A DNA stretch of 63,599 bases, filler included, from Nemertoderma westbladi (taxonomy: Eukaryota > Animalia > Xenacoelomorpha), in assembly GCA_032718475.1 (NCBI GenBank). It is 3 parts of 3 records of this genome, joined end to end, with 100 filler letters (N's around TTAATTAATTAA, not from the genome) between each part and the next. Parts side by side here need not be neighbours in the genome. Positions count along the whole stretch, not along the records: positions 30,960 to 57,198 come from JAUCBJ010003923.1; positions 57,299 to 63,599 come from JAUCBJ010001412.1; 1 more part is not named here. The stretch is one strand, 5' to 3'. Positions 48,101-59,486 of the stretch are shown here, piece by piece. The translations under genes and the position numbers were made by a program. Position 1 is the stretch's first letter. Every line of letters begins with the position of its first letter. The notes beneath the pieces were generated by a model, which worked only from the letters and a program-made list of their open reading frames with translations, was not told the DNA's origin and searched no databases.

Positions 48101-48619
48101 GACCAACTGACAACACTGTTTGTTGAAATCGAGGCAATACTAAATACTAGACCAATAGTATTAGTACCCGATGACAAACAATCCCAGTTTGCTTTAACAC
48201 CTGCACACCTGCTTATGCAGGCACCGACCACATTGACGCCTATTTCTATTCCAATAGAAAGCGATAGCTACGGTAGAAAAGCGTGGAAAATCACGCAACT
48301 ACTGGCTAACAAATTCTGGGAAATATGGCAAAACCATTATTTGCCCTCTATTTCTGCCAGAACAACTTGGTACAATAACACCCGCGCATTAAAGCCGGGA
48401 GATCACGTGCTGTTAGCGGAAGTGAATCTAAAAAGACGCTTCTGGATAACAGGTGTAATTTTAGCCACACATCCATCTATGGATGGAGTGACAAGAACTG
48501 TAACGGTACGGACAATTGACGGTCGTACAGTTGACAGACCGACTCAACGTCTCGTACTTCTTGAAGAGACTCGTAACGAGTCTGGAGACTACAAATCTCC
48601 ACCTAATACTAGTAAATAA
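45158..48619 (+). pseudogene. BEL/Pao pol C-terminal half (RNase H and integrase) with one in-frame TAA at 45689-45691
   Basis: KVLGLFWD, FDPLG, LHCFSDAS, PRAELQAA, FVANRR and NPADIASRG; integrase HHCC (H..HAG...CIIC), GIDCFGP, SDQGTNF and GGVWERLIRSIK. Confidence 0.93.
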
Positions 48620-49296
48620 TTAGGAGTTTACAAATAGATTTCCACGTACCTGTACACCGTAGTAAGGACAGCGGTAGAATTCCATTGTCTTTATATGTGA
48701 ACATTGAGGGTAGTACCCTTATGTGTCACATAGCGGCCTTATGTGTCACGGAGCGGGATTTGTAGGTATAAGAAATGGAATTCTACTTGGAACTCACAAT
48801 ATTGAGACATTTTCGAAATTTTAGACAATCCATTTGGATTTGAAAAATTTTTAAATTTTCTCCAGTGAATAGATTTCAGGGTACAGTCGGGTGGAACTTA
48901 AAATTAGAGAAACAAGAGAGGAAGACTTGCGAGCCTTTCTTAAAAATTTTTAATTAAATTTTACACGGTCTTGTTTCAATAAGTTACGTCAAAATAGACT
49001 CCCCTATATTTATTACTAATTCTTGACTGCTTATTTTCTGATAATAGTTTGGGATCAAAAAGTGAGTATTTTAGACTCACAGCCAGTTTAGCCCAAATTC
49101 GTTTTTATTTCGGCAAAAATTTTAGATAAGTAGCAGCGTGTCATTAAAGAAACCCTAGATCTTAGGCTATGGGTAGGAGGTTAGAGCGTTGTCGAGCCCA
49201 AAGGGCAGACGAAACTCTCACGTCTCCTCACAACTAACTACAAAACTCTGTTGTATTCCCTCTAGTAGTAATGATTATGTAACTACACCCCTAATT

Positions 49297-50810
49297 ATGG
49301 AGAAAGGGATACAAGGAGAGCCGAGATGGGGATATGATATCCAAGAGGAGGCAGCAGCGCCATTCGAAAGATTTGGAGCCAAGGACTACACTATATTTGG
49401 TATAAAAGAATTATCAGAAAGTACAGCGAAACTCGCGAGAACTAAATATGACTCGAATGTATTAAAGAGAAGACAAAATGCATTAAACGAAAGAATCGAA
49501 AGTTTGCGCAAAACCTTCAATGAACTTTACCCGTACGACGCTTTGTGTGATACGGGAGACATTAGCGAAGACCCCCGATACTGAAATTAGTCGTTTGTAT
49601 CATACCATGCAATACCTGAAGGCGCACGAACCTATGCCCGCGGTAAGAGATGAATTTGATGGAATGCACCTTTACAGACGAACTCGAGGGGACGATAGAG
49701 AAACCAAGGAAGCATTTTCAGTTTATAAACTTTATTATCAATGCGGTTCTTGTATGCGCGAACAACGAAATGCGATTCCTATGCGTTTGAATAAGGAAAA
49801 TACCGAACCGATATTGGCGAGGTGTTCGAACCATCAACAACTACGCTACCAGGAAGGAGGGTATCCTTTATCGAATCCATATCATTCATTTGCTATGACC
49901 GGACCAAAGGCGGGAGAAACTGTCGTCTACCCACCTAAGGTTGTAGAACCCGATGTATTTGAACTTACGCTGGACGAGGCAAATCAGTCAACCCGCGAAA
50001 AGAAAGAAGCTCTTAGCCTATACAGAGCCTACAAGGCTTTCGAGAAAGGTGAGATGGAAGAATGGGGCGGAAGACTCGCGAGCCTACCTTACCATTGGAC
50101 GTCACACGATCAAATTTCAGCTAAGGAGATGACACCGGAAATTTTCGAAAGTATAAACTTTGCCCAAAATGTTCAATCGTATCACATATGGTGAATTTGA
50201 CCGTTTTCGAATGGAAAAGCGGAATAAAGGAGCTTGGTTAACCGTCGCATGGGCATACCGAGCCGCGTTTTACCATAAACGTATACGAGCGAGCGTATTC
50301 GAGGAAGAGGAGGTCCTAGAGGCGACGAATATACCAGCCACTCCGGTTGCGCCGTCTGCACGTCACCCTCGGTAGGACGGACAGGGTAGGATCATACGGG
50401 TCCAGAAAGTGGGCCAACAATTAAAGAAAATTATTAATATAGAAGAACGCAAGGGAGTTGAGCCGACTATTCGAATTACTCGGGATACGGTATCGCTTCC
50501 TAGAGAACCAACAGGAGGATCGGGACATACACCAGCTGATCAGAAGGGGGCACAAGCTACTCTTGGGTCTGCGTCGTCCGCTTCTCGCGCGTTCCCAGAC
50601 GTTCTACCAACTGTAGTGACAACTGATCGGTCACGAGGAATCGGTCGAGGTTTTGGGATGCCAAATAGACGAATTTGCGAGGAAATAGTCGCACCGTCTC
50701 TCAACGTCCAAACGAAACCAGTGACTCGCCCCACAAGTCCCATATCGCGAGCAAAGTCACCTGTGCGCAGTTTTCGAGGACGCGGCAGGGCTCGATCAAC
50801 TAAGCGATAA
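49297..50810 (+). pseudogene. Frameshifted accessory ORF of the BEL element, function unknown
   Basis: Four overlapping or adjacent ORF pieces (49189-49584, 49520-50194, 50160-50375, 50409-50810), a CGSC...CSNH motif and an Arg-rich tail. Confidence 0.6.
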
Positions 50811-51500
50811 AGGAGGGCAAGGGTGGACGGAAGACTCGTGAGCCTTTCTTGTGAATTTGTGATTTATTTTGAATTATATGTTTTTTATTTAATTAGTAAG
50901 TTTTGTATTCTGGAAAACTCATATTTAGCAAGATTTATATTTAGTAAGATTTATATTTAGTAAGAATTTGTATTTTGCAAGATTTATATTTTATATTTGT
51001 AATTGTTCCGAACTTATGCAATTTATATTGTTCCGAATACTATGCAATTTATATCTTATAAGCAGTATTTGTATTTACAGTGAAATAGAAAGTAAGAGTA
51101 GATGGAAGACTCGTGGGCCTTTCTTATAGTTTCATTTGTAAAGTGTTATATTTTGTATTTAGAAAGTTTTATAGTCAGAAAGTTTTGTGCTTAGAAAGAC
51201 TCATATTTGTAATTATTCCGAACTTATGCAATCTACATTTAGGCACGAAAGTATTTGTAATTATTTGAATTTATGCAATATTTGAGATGCAATAGTAGAT
51301 GGAAGACTCGCGAGCCTTTCTTATGATTTTCATTTATTTGTATTTGTAATTACTTGAATTTATGCAATATTGAGATGCAATAGATTTATATTGGTGAATT
51401 TAATTTAGATTTATATTGTACTTACTCAGTAAAGCCTTAACTACGTAGAGTTTGAATTTGTAATTATTTTGTATCGAATCATTATGTAGAAAGGAAGTAT

Positions 51501-52225
51501 TGTTTGAAATTTAATTGTAAATATGTAAGTACGCCCTAAGTATTCTATAGTTTGATTGATTATTGGTGAAAACCGTATATTTTATGCACGATAATATCCT
51601 GTTTTCATGGAGCGGTATAGAATTATATTCCCTAAATGCCGTGGATTTTCAAAATTTTATTTTTATTCGAATTAACTTTGTAAAAGATTGCTTTGAGTCC
51701 TCATTTGTATTTGTTATATCTATTGTACGACCTTTAGTCAAGTGGTTCAGTAGCTCAATCGGTAGAGCGTTGGAAATTATATGTGTAGTAGGTATTGAGT
51801 TCGAATCCTAGTAAGTGCGAATTATTTTTTGTGCAGAATTTCAACTCATTTAAATTGACCGCTACAAATTAAATTGCATTTGTCTGTACCTAGATTAATC
51901 AATGAGACTGTAGTTATTAGATTGTAACCAATGTCGTGCAAGTTATATATTAGCTGGACCAATAGTTATCTTTAAAAACCTATTAGAACCTATAGAACAA
52001 TCGAGAATTTTCTCGATTGATTGCAGCACAAATTTAGTATATAAAGGTGCGATTTGTTCATTAGTTATTCACTCTTCACTAACTTCTGAGTTATCTGATA
52101 TTTGTTTATTCTGTCATTAGTTTTCAGATTACATTTTTGTATTATTATCTGCAATAAATTCAGAAATACCGCTACCTGCCTTTTCTTTTCACCATGATTC
52201 ACTACGGTGAACACTCTTAGGAACA
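51501..52225 (+). mobile_element. Putative 3' LTR (725 bp)
   Basis: TGTT...AACA termini, preceded by a purine tract; TATATAAA at about 52038 and AATAAA at about 52152. Confidence 0.6.
51743..51818 (+). pseudogene. tRNA-like Pol III promoter sequence inside the putative LTR
   Basis: A box TAGCTCAATCGG with D-arm GCTC/GAGC and B box GAGTTCGAATCC; no valid anticodon or acceptor stem. Confidence 0.65.
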
Positions 52226-55134
52226 GGATGGCTGGCTAGAGATCGGGCCGCAGCAATGAACGGGAACATCAAGGGAATGTAGACAGGAGACAACCCGCAA
52301 TACCATCTCAGTTATTCGCCCATCGCCTGAAAGGTTAGACAGCGTTCGACGCCTTGCTACCTAAGCGTAAGACCAAAGATCAAAAGGTAGAAGTAGTGAC
52401 ACGCTGTGAGCCTAAAATTACATCTTAGGGACTGTACTGTCTTAATTCAGGAAAAACCACAGTAGACCTTCACATTCCTACGGGGGGAGAGCGCAGGCAG
52501 ATACTAGTACGCAGATAGGACGTAGGCACACCGGTACGAAGCATACACATTGGTAGGGTGCAGCAAACTGTACGCCTAACTCTTGCTAAGTGCAGGTGCG
52601 TTTGCGACTATTTGAAGTACAACGGTGTCCATTGCATTAGAACTTGTAGGCTAGGAGGGTCGTTGTGTTTCACCTGAATTAGGATTGTACCGTTCAGGCG
52701 GTAGGGCAGTTTACAACTAGGCGCAAATAAATTGAGGCTATTAGGGATATACTAACATCTACCGTGTCCCCGCCAACGTCCTAATAGGAAGTTACCCAGC
52801 CTACCTAGGTGACTAAAATTCTAGATAGGAAGCCAGGATAGCTATTAGTAACAGTACGCCTACAGTAGTAAACTAACACATTTCTTCTTAGTATTAGGGG
52901 CCTGGTAAATTAAAATTGCCGAATTCTGGGCGTAGCATTAACCTTATGCCTGAATTTGAGTCCTGGAAATACGCAAGAGGGGAAGGAACCTTATCATTCG
53001 TGAGTATTGGACCTACAAGTTACAAAATTAGAATATTCGTAAAATGCACACCGTACCCAGTAATTATATATATGAAGGAGCAAAACTGCTTTTGACCGTT
53101 CAGAATTAACACACGCGCGTTAGAAATTATTTACACCTCAAAATATATAAAATTAACTTTCGTCCTTACTGTGTTTTGCCCGCTAGTTAGACATCTCCAA
53201 ATCTCTGCCTCTGTACCTAGCTAGCGTCCCTTTCGCCCAACCATATAAATCACACCGCGGCAAAGTATACGAGCCCCTTAGTGCGTCAGTGAGTCAGCCT
53301 GATTTTAGGATTCGCTGCGCGGGATTTTGTTTTATCGAAGTTTGTCTGCTCGTAGACTGTTTTCTGCCTCACCGGTTATAAGAGATCGATACTGCAATAT
53401 ATTCGCTTACTTAGAGTTTACTGTTTTGGTGAGAAGGTCGGATTTATGATTTGATTCACAAACTTTACAGTAAGATATTGCAGGTATTGTTACTGTCTCT
53501 TCCAATATTCGAATTAATAATCAGTTTATATCACCTGATCATATATTCTCAGAATTTTACTATACAGGCATATAAAAAGACAGGCCTATGTGACAGGTAG
53601 ACAGGCCTATGTTTACAAAGTACTTACGCTTACACCTAAAATCAAAGCAATTAATTAATATAAATAAATATAAATGCGGTTACTGGTTACAGTATGCTAC
53701 CTGGGTTGCTGCCTTAGGCCTAAACAAATATGAAGAAAAGTGGTCCGATCGCGCATCGATCTACACATTGAGGCCATTACTGCATTAGCAGATTAGCTAT
53801 ATATAAAATAATGCAATACACAAACCCAGAACAGTAATAATGTACAGAATATTGTTGTTGGTTTGCTTATAGGCGGCACAGGCAGAACATGTAACCAAAT
53901 GATAGCCAAGAATTTAGCCAATCAATGAAGGCCGCTGGAAAAGATATCTGCTGGTGAGTCATTAGTAGCAGAGTGGAATTATTTGGTGTAACCATCGAAA
54001 TTCATAGGCCCTTCATGAAGGTAGATAAGTTAACTAATATTGGTTAGATGTAATACAACAGGTTCTATAGGGAGATAGTATAGAACACATTAGTTTGGTA
54101 GGACAGCTGAGTTTGTGAGAGAGAGAGAGATGGGGGTGGGGAGTGGAGCGGCTGTGGGTAGTAGTTATTCACTGATTGTCAAAGGATTCGATGGTCCACT
54201 AGGATACAGTGCTTTAGATCCACAATAATTGTTTTTGTCCGTTGAATTTACTCATTATGTCCGCTGATTTTGACTTTTTATGTCCGCGGAAATTGCTACC
54301 GGTGTACCGGTAATTGGTAACTGGTAACAGTATATTGTAGGTATAAATAAAGCCTTAGAATTATACTGTATTATACTACATTAGATTTGGATTAGAGTAT
54401 TGGTGGTTCTGAGTTATCAACGATTGATTAATGTATCATAAGTAGTAATGATTTGATTTTAAGGATAGTATTTTTATAAAAATATTTTAAAGAATTAGAA
54501 AAATTGGAATTAATGATATTATCTGTTATGTTGGATCAACTGTAAAAATTATCTGAAACTAATATACAGTACTACCAAAGTGAATCAATTTCACGAACCA
54601 TTTAGGGCTTAAATCTCGTCTGATCGATATATTTTGGAGATACTTCATTAATTTTAAACACTACTCAATTGATAATTATTGTAGCTGGACAGTGTATTGC
54701 AGCTATATCTTAATGACCTGTTGAAACAATAACTACTATATCATCTTCGATGATAGATGATTTTGATTTATACCCATAGATAACGACGTATAATGCTTTT
54801 ATTAATACATATTTTATTTCACTTCACATCCACTCTGGCCCTTTTAATATGCATACTTTTCATCTAAATTTAAATTTAATACGCATATATTTTATCTCAT
54901 TCCATATGACATCCAGTCTGTCTCATAATTATTAGCAATGCTCCTGTAATGGAATATTTCTTATCTATTATATTTTTAAATCATTAAAATACAGTAATAA
55001 TTTTAATTCGGTGTATTTTAATGTACTTTATTTATTGACTCACATTTTAAAATATGTATGTTTTTTTTAGGGGGGAAACCCCATCCATAATACTAAAGTT
55101 AATTTGTCAGCATATGTTATCTTTGTTCTAAGTT

Positions 55135-56042
55135 CAGGCCCGTACCGTGCGGGGGGGGGCTTGGGGGGCACTGCCCCCCCCCCCCCCAGATAAAACCCAC
55201 TGCCCCCCCAGTCATGTCTTGTTCTCTTATCTTGTTTTCACAATTAATTAATAATAATATTGTTGGTAATCAATATTATTGGATTCACATACTAATTCTA
55301 CCCACTGACCTGACCTGACTCCCCACCAATTCCATCTGGTCCAATTATAATGACACTGGCACTGCCAGAGCCTGTGCCGAAATACATTGTATGGTGTAGC
55401 CTACCGTTATGTATTTGTTCTATGTGGCTACTCACAACTCAGGGCTGGAAAGCTTGTTGGCAGACTGCACCTCTTTATTGATTTTGATAGCAATTCAGGA
55501 TTGCAGTTCATATAATTACTAAAAATACACAAAAGCTCTAGGTTCTCTCATTGGCTACCAGGGCAGGGGTTGTTCGCTGTTGACCTACAGTATTGTCTGC
55601 GGTATGGGAGCCAGCATGCACCTAATAGTAATAGGCTAGGCGCTGATGGTTGCTTATGCTGGTATACATATCTAAAATTTTCTTTTTTGTAATTTTAACC
55701 TTAACTTTTGGTCATATTAAAGCTTACAAATTTTAAACTCGACAGGTTTAATTAAATCCGATAAAGTTATTGGCATGTCAAAATAGTAACTAACGACAAC
55801 AACAAAAACTATTTGCTATTATTGACCCACTCCCTTAACAGTGCCAGTTCGACAAGGGTCCTCCAACTCCGTGGCTCACCCCACACACTCTTCAACAATA
55901 TTGATTTTTCTTTATGCACTAAATTAACTCTCACTTTGCTGTATGCCCCCAAACCCAGTTATGGGTTTGCCCCCCCCCCCCCAGATTTGGCCTCTGCCCC
56001 CCCCCCCCCCCCCCCAGATATTATGATCACCATATGGGCCTG
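55135..56042. mobile_element. Non-autonomous hAT element
   Basis: TIR CAGGCCCGTA / TATGGGCCTG, a perfect 8-bp TSD TCTAAGTT at 55127-55134 and 56043-56050, and subterminal TGCCCCCCC tracts. Confidence 0.9.
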
Positions 56043-56229
56043 TCTAAGTTACAGTATGGTGTAAATTTATATAAATAAATAATAATAATATTATATTAGT
56101 TATTATTTATAAATATAATGTAGAACTTCGATCTTCAAACAGGTGGAGCAGTTCCAACTGACAACTCCTCTAGTAACGATGGTAACAACTACAAAACAAA
56201 TATATTGAATAATATATTAAACTTTGACG

Positions 56230-57198
56230 TTTTTTCGCTGTATCTACATGAACATTATGCTCATCCTGCAGTTTTCGCACTTCCTCTCCATTTGCCGACT
56301 GCATGTTTGCATGAAAAATATCGCATGTTTTACATGTATCTTTCTTTAGTGTCTTAAATCGAAGGTTGAATTCCTTATACTGTAAAATATATTTTTATAG
56401 GTTGAATTTGAAACCTTGCTAAACGTCAAATTAGATTCGGTATACAGGCGGTACATTAGAGACAGGGTCATATCTGGACTGAGGAACTTGGAATCAGTGT
56501 CAGCTCGGCAATAGTGGGAGTAGTACTTTGGGAAGCTCGATATATGTTTGCAAACCTCATCATGTGCGTCGCTCGATGTTTTGTTCCAGCCCCCTCGAGA
56601 ATCTCCACGGTGGTCACTGAAATCATTGTTTCTATTCTTTTTCAGAGCCACATTTATGCGTTGTGGAGATATTTGCAATGTATCAAGAAAACATTTCTTA
56701 CATAGTATCTTATCACCAATGGTGTATTTGCGGGTGAACGAACGTCTCGAAATACTACCAGTAGTGGTAGTCAGTAGTCCCTACTGAGGATTGCACTACT
56801 CTACTGCATAAATAGGCACATCTGGCTTCATATGTGCCTAGTTTCCAAAAGTTGTCAAACTCTTTTTTCCTATCCTCTGGTGATAACTGCATCAACATGC
56901 ACTTTGAGGGTCTGTTACACACTAGCTTGTCATCAAACTCCTTGATTGGATTATCTCCAGTGTGGCTTAGGTTTAAATTACATCTCTTTTTCACCTCGGC
57001 TCTACTAAACAAACCCTTTCTTTTCCTGCCTCTCTTAGGTCGCCCGCAATAGCTATGGTCATTTGATGATGGTGCAGCATCACAATCACTGGTGGGGTGT
57101 TCTTCCACGTTATGATTTTCAATACAATTAGTTACATCTATACTATCTTCACTGCCCTCAGTAAGGTTAGGAATATAACTCGGATCATCTATTTCACT
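56230..57198 (-). pseudogene. Frameshifted DNA-transposase fragment (possibly Sola-like)
   Basis: C...C...LSPEDRKKEFDNFWKLG, RGGWNK, HISSFPKYYSHYCR...FLSPDMTLSLMYRLY and KDTCKTCD. These motifs are typical of a widespread invertebrate transposase family; the superfamily is uncertain. Confidence 0.6.
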
Positions 57199-57298
57199 NN
57201 NNNNNNNNNNNNNNNNNNNNNNNNNNNNNNNNNNNNNNNNNNTTAATTAATTAANNNNNNNNNNNNNNNNNNNNNNNNNNNNNNNNNNNNNNNNNNNN
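57199..57298. other. Assembly gap with an artificial TTAATTAATTAA linker
   Basis: Same structure as 30860-30959. Confidence 0.95.
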
Positions 57299-58337
57299 GT
57301 ATGGCGATGCATCTCGTGGTGTATGGATATGTATTTAGTGGAGTATGGCGATGCATCTCGTGGTGTATGGTGATGCATATGGATATGTATTTAGTGGAGT
57401 ATGGCGATGCATCTAGTGGTGTATGGTGATGTATTTAGTGGTGTATGGCGATGTATTTAGTGGTGTATGGCCTTGCATCGTGGTGTATGCGATGTATTTA
57501 GTGGTGTATGGCGATGTATTTAGTGGTGTATGGCGATGCATCGTGGTGTATGCGATGTATTTAGTGGTGTATGGCGATGTATTTAGTGGTGTATGGCGAT
57601 GCATCGTGGTGTATGCGATGTATTTAGTGGTGTATGGCGATGTATTTAGTGGTGTATCGCGATGCATCGTGGTGTATGCGATGTATTTAGTGGTGTATGT
57701 CGATGTGTTTAGTAGTGTATGGCGATGCATCGTGGTGTATGCGATGTATTTAGTGGTGTATAGCGATGTATGTAGTGGTGTATGGCGATGATCGTGGTGT
57801 ATGCATTGTATTTAGTGGTGTATGGCGATGTATTTAGTGGTGTATGGCGATGCATCGTGGTGTATGCGATGTATTTAGTGGTGTATGGCGATGTATTTAT
57901 TGTGTATGGCGATGCATCGTGGTGTATGCGATGTATTTAGTGGTGTATGGCGATGTATTTAGTGGTGTATGGCGATGCATCGTGGTGTATGCGATGTATT
58001 TAGTGGTGTATGGCGATGCATCATGGTGTATGGCGATGCATCGTGGTGTATGGCGATGAATTTAGTGGTGTATGGCGATGCATCGTGGCGTATGGCGATG
58101 CATCTAGTGGCGTATGGTGATGTATTTAGTGGTGTATGGCGATGTATTTAGTGGTGTATGGCGATGCATCGTGGTGTATGCAATGTATTTAGTGGTGTAT
58201 GGCGATGTATTTAGTGGTGTATGGCGATGCATCGTGGCGTATGCGATGTATTTAGTGGTGTATGGCGATGAATTTAGTGGTGTATGACGATGTATTTAGT
58301 GGGGTATGGTGATGCATCGTGGTGTATGGCGATGTAT
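57299..58337. repeat. Minisatellite of 20/21/22-bp monomers with a 63-bp higher-order period
   Basis: GTGGTGTATGGCGATGTATTTA, GTGGTGTATGGCGATGCATC and GTGGTGTATGCGATGTATTTA alternate. Confidence 0.93.
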
Positions 58338-59084
58338 CTTACGTAAGGTGATTACTGGCTCTGCCCGTTATGTGGCTCGCCCTAAAATGAGAATCTCCCC
58401 AACCGAACAGCGCTCATTCATTTAATGGGAGGTTATAATGGCTCGGCCACCACTCCAGCTGCGGTCTCAGATCACATATTTATTATATTGCCATGGTATT
58501 CGAAGAGTTAATGTCGCAAATTGACCACAAATACCAACTATGTGTATAAGAGGGTTTAAAAAAAGTAATATAATCTATAACAACATAAGGGAAAGAAGCA
58601 GTTTACAGTGGCGTTGATTTCAAACCAAAACAATAAACGAAACTTTATTTCACTTGCGGATGGTTTGCGCTGTAGATTACATTTTTTTTTACTAGCGGTA
58701 AATTTGCGTCACTATCTGCATTACCTCCTACCAGCAGAACATGTTTCAATATTGTAAAGGCAAAATTATCTGAATGCAATAAATTAGAAGCTACAAGCGA
58801 ATAAAATATGTAATATAGTCGGGTATAAATAGGTTAATAATAATATACACATCCCAACACTCGACATAAAATACGGTAAAATATCTTATCTACAATGTAT
58901 TCATTTTCCAGATAATTGGACAGAGTCAGCACTCACAAGTACTCAATTAGGATACACCGCAAATAAAGCAAGCATTTGGTTTGGGTCTGCCTCCATTTCC
59001 ACTTCGGTTTGGATGTCAAACAATAATGATGAAATTGTAATATTATGGGACGACATTTAGGCAATTTATAGAAAAAATGAATGC

Positions 59085-59486
59085 TCAATCGTCAACAAGT
59101 TTACTTGGTTGGCTAGGTAACCGTTCGCGTAGGTTTATGGACACTGTCTCCACCGTAGGAATGACGCCTGTTACTGGCAGCCGTTGTTTAGGACGTCTGC
59201 CAGCCCCTCCAGGAACCCCCTTGTACATGTTGTAATCGCCACTATCGAAGTATTTGGGCCCTTTCTGTAGCCGCTTCCTCAGGAATTCCGAGCCAACCTG
59301 CGATCCGGAAATATTCGGGTATTTATTTTTAAGTTTTTCTGTCTCTTCCGCGTCTAATCTCTCTAACTCCTCGGGCGTGAGGGACTGGCCGTCGACTGGG
59401 TCGACCTCAGGGTCGCTGTCACTGTCTCTTCTAATTAATGTGTCGGAATTCGATTCGTAAGGATTAGTTTCAGTATCAGTTGCCAT
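59085..59486 (-). CDS. ENSA: Alpha-endosulfine/ARPP19 (PP2A-B55 inhibitor), intronless
   Basis: EKLKNKYP, FLRKRLQKGPKYFDSGDYNM (Greatwall site), TGVIPT and the C-terminal SKL. Confidence 0.95.
   Translation of the reverse strand: MATDTETNPYESNSDTLIRRDSDSDPEVDPVDGQSLTPEELERLDAEETEKLKNKYPNISGSQVGSEFLRKRLQKGPKYFDSGDYNMYKGVPGGAGRRPKQRLPVTGVIPTVETVSINLRERLPSQPSKLVDD

Larger units (their letters stand above)
45150..52225 (+). mobile_element. 5'-truncated BEL/Pao LTR retrotransposon with an accessory 3' ORF and a putative 3' LTR
   Basis: Pao-type RNase H and integrase, downstream ORF fragments, a PPT-like AGAAAGGAAG, and a TGTT...AACA bounded LTR candidate. Confidence 0.85.

Noticed and set aside
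49060-49100. Dicistrovirus-type IGR IRES (AUUU loop plus CAGCC)
   Set aside because: Only two short words match, and I could not build the pseudoknot architecture by eye.
49180-49220. Hammerhead ribozyme (stem plus GAAAC), also considered for the 99-bp satellite
   Set aside because: The CUGANGA core is absent at the required position.
57413-58151. Repetitive ORFs on both strands
   Set aside because: They are translations of the 20-22-bp minisatellite.
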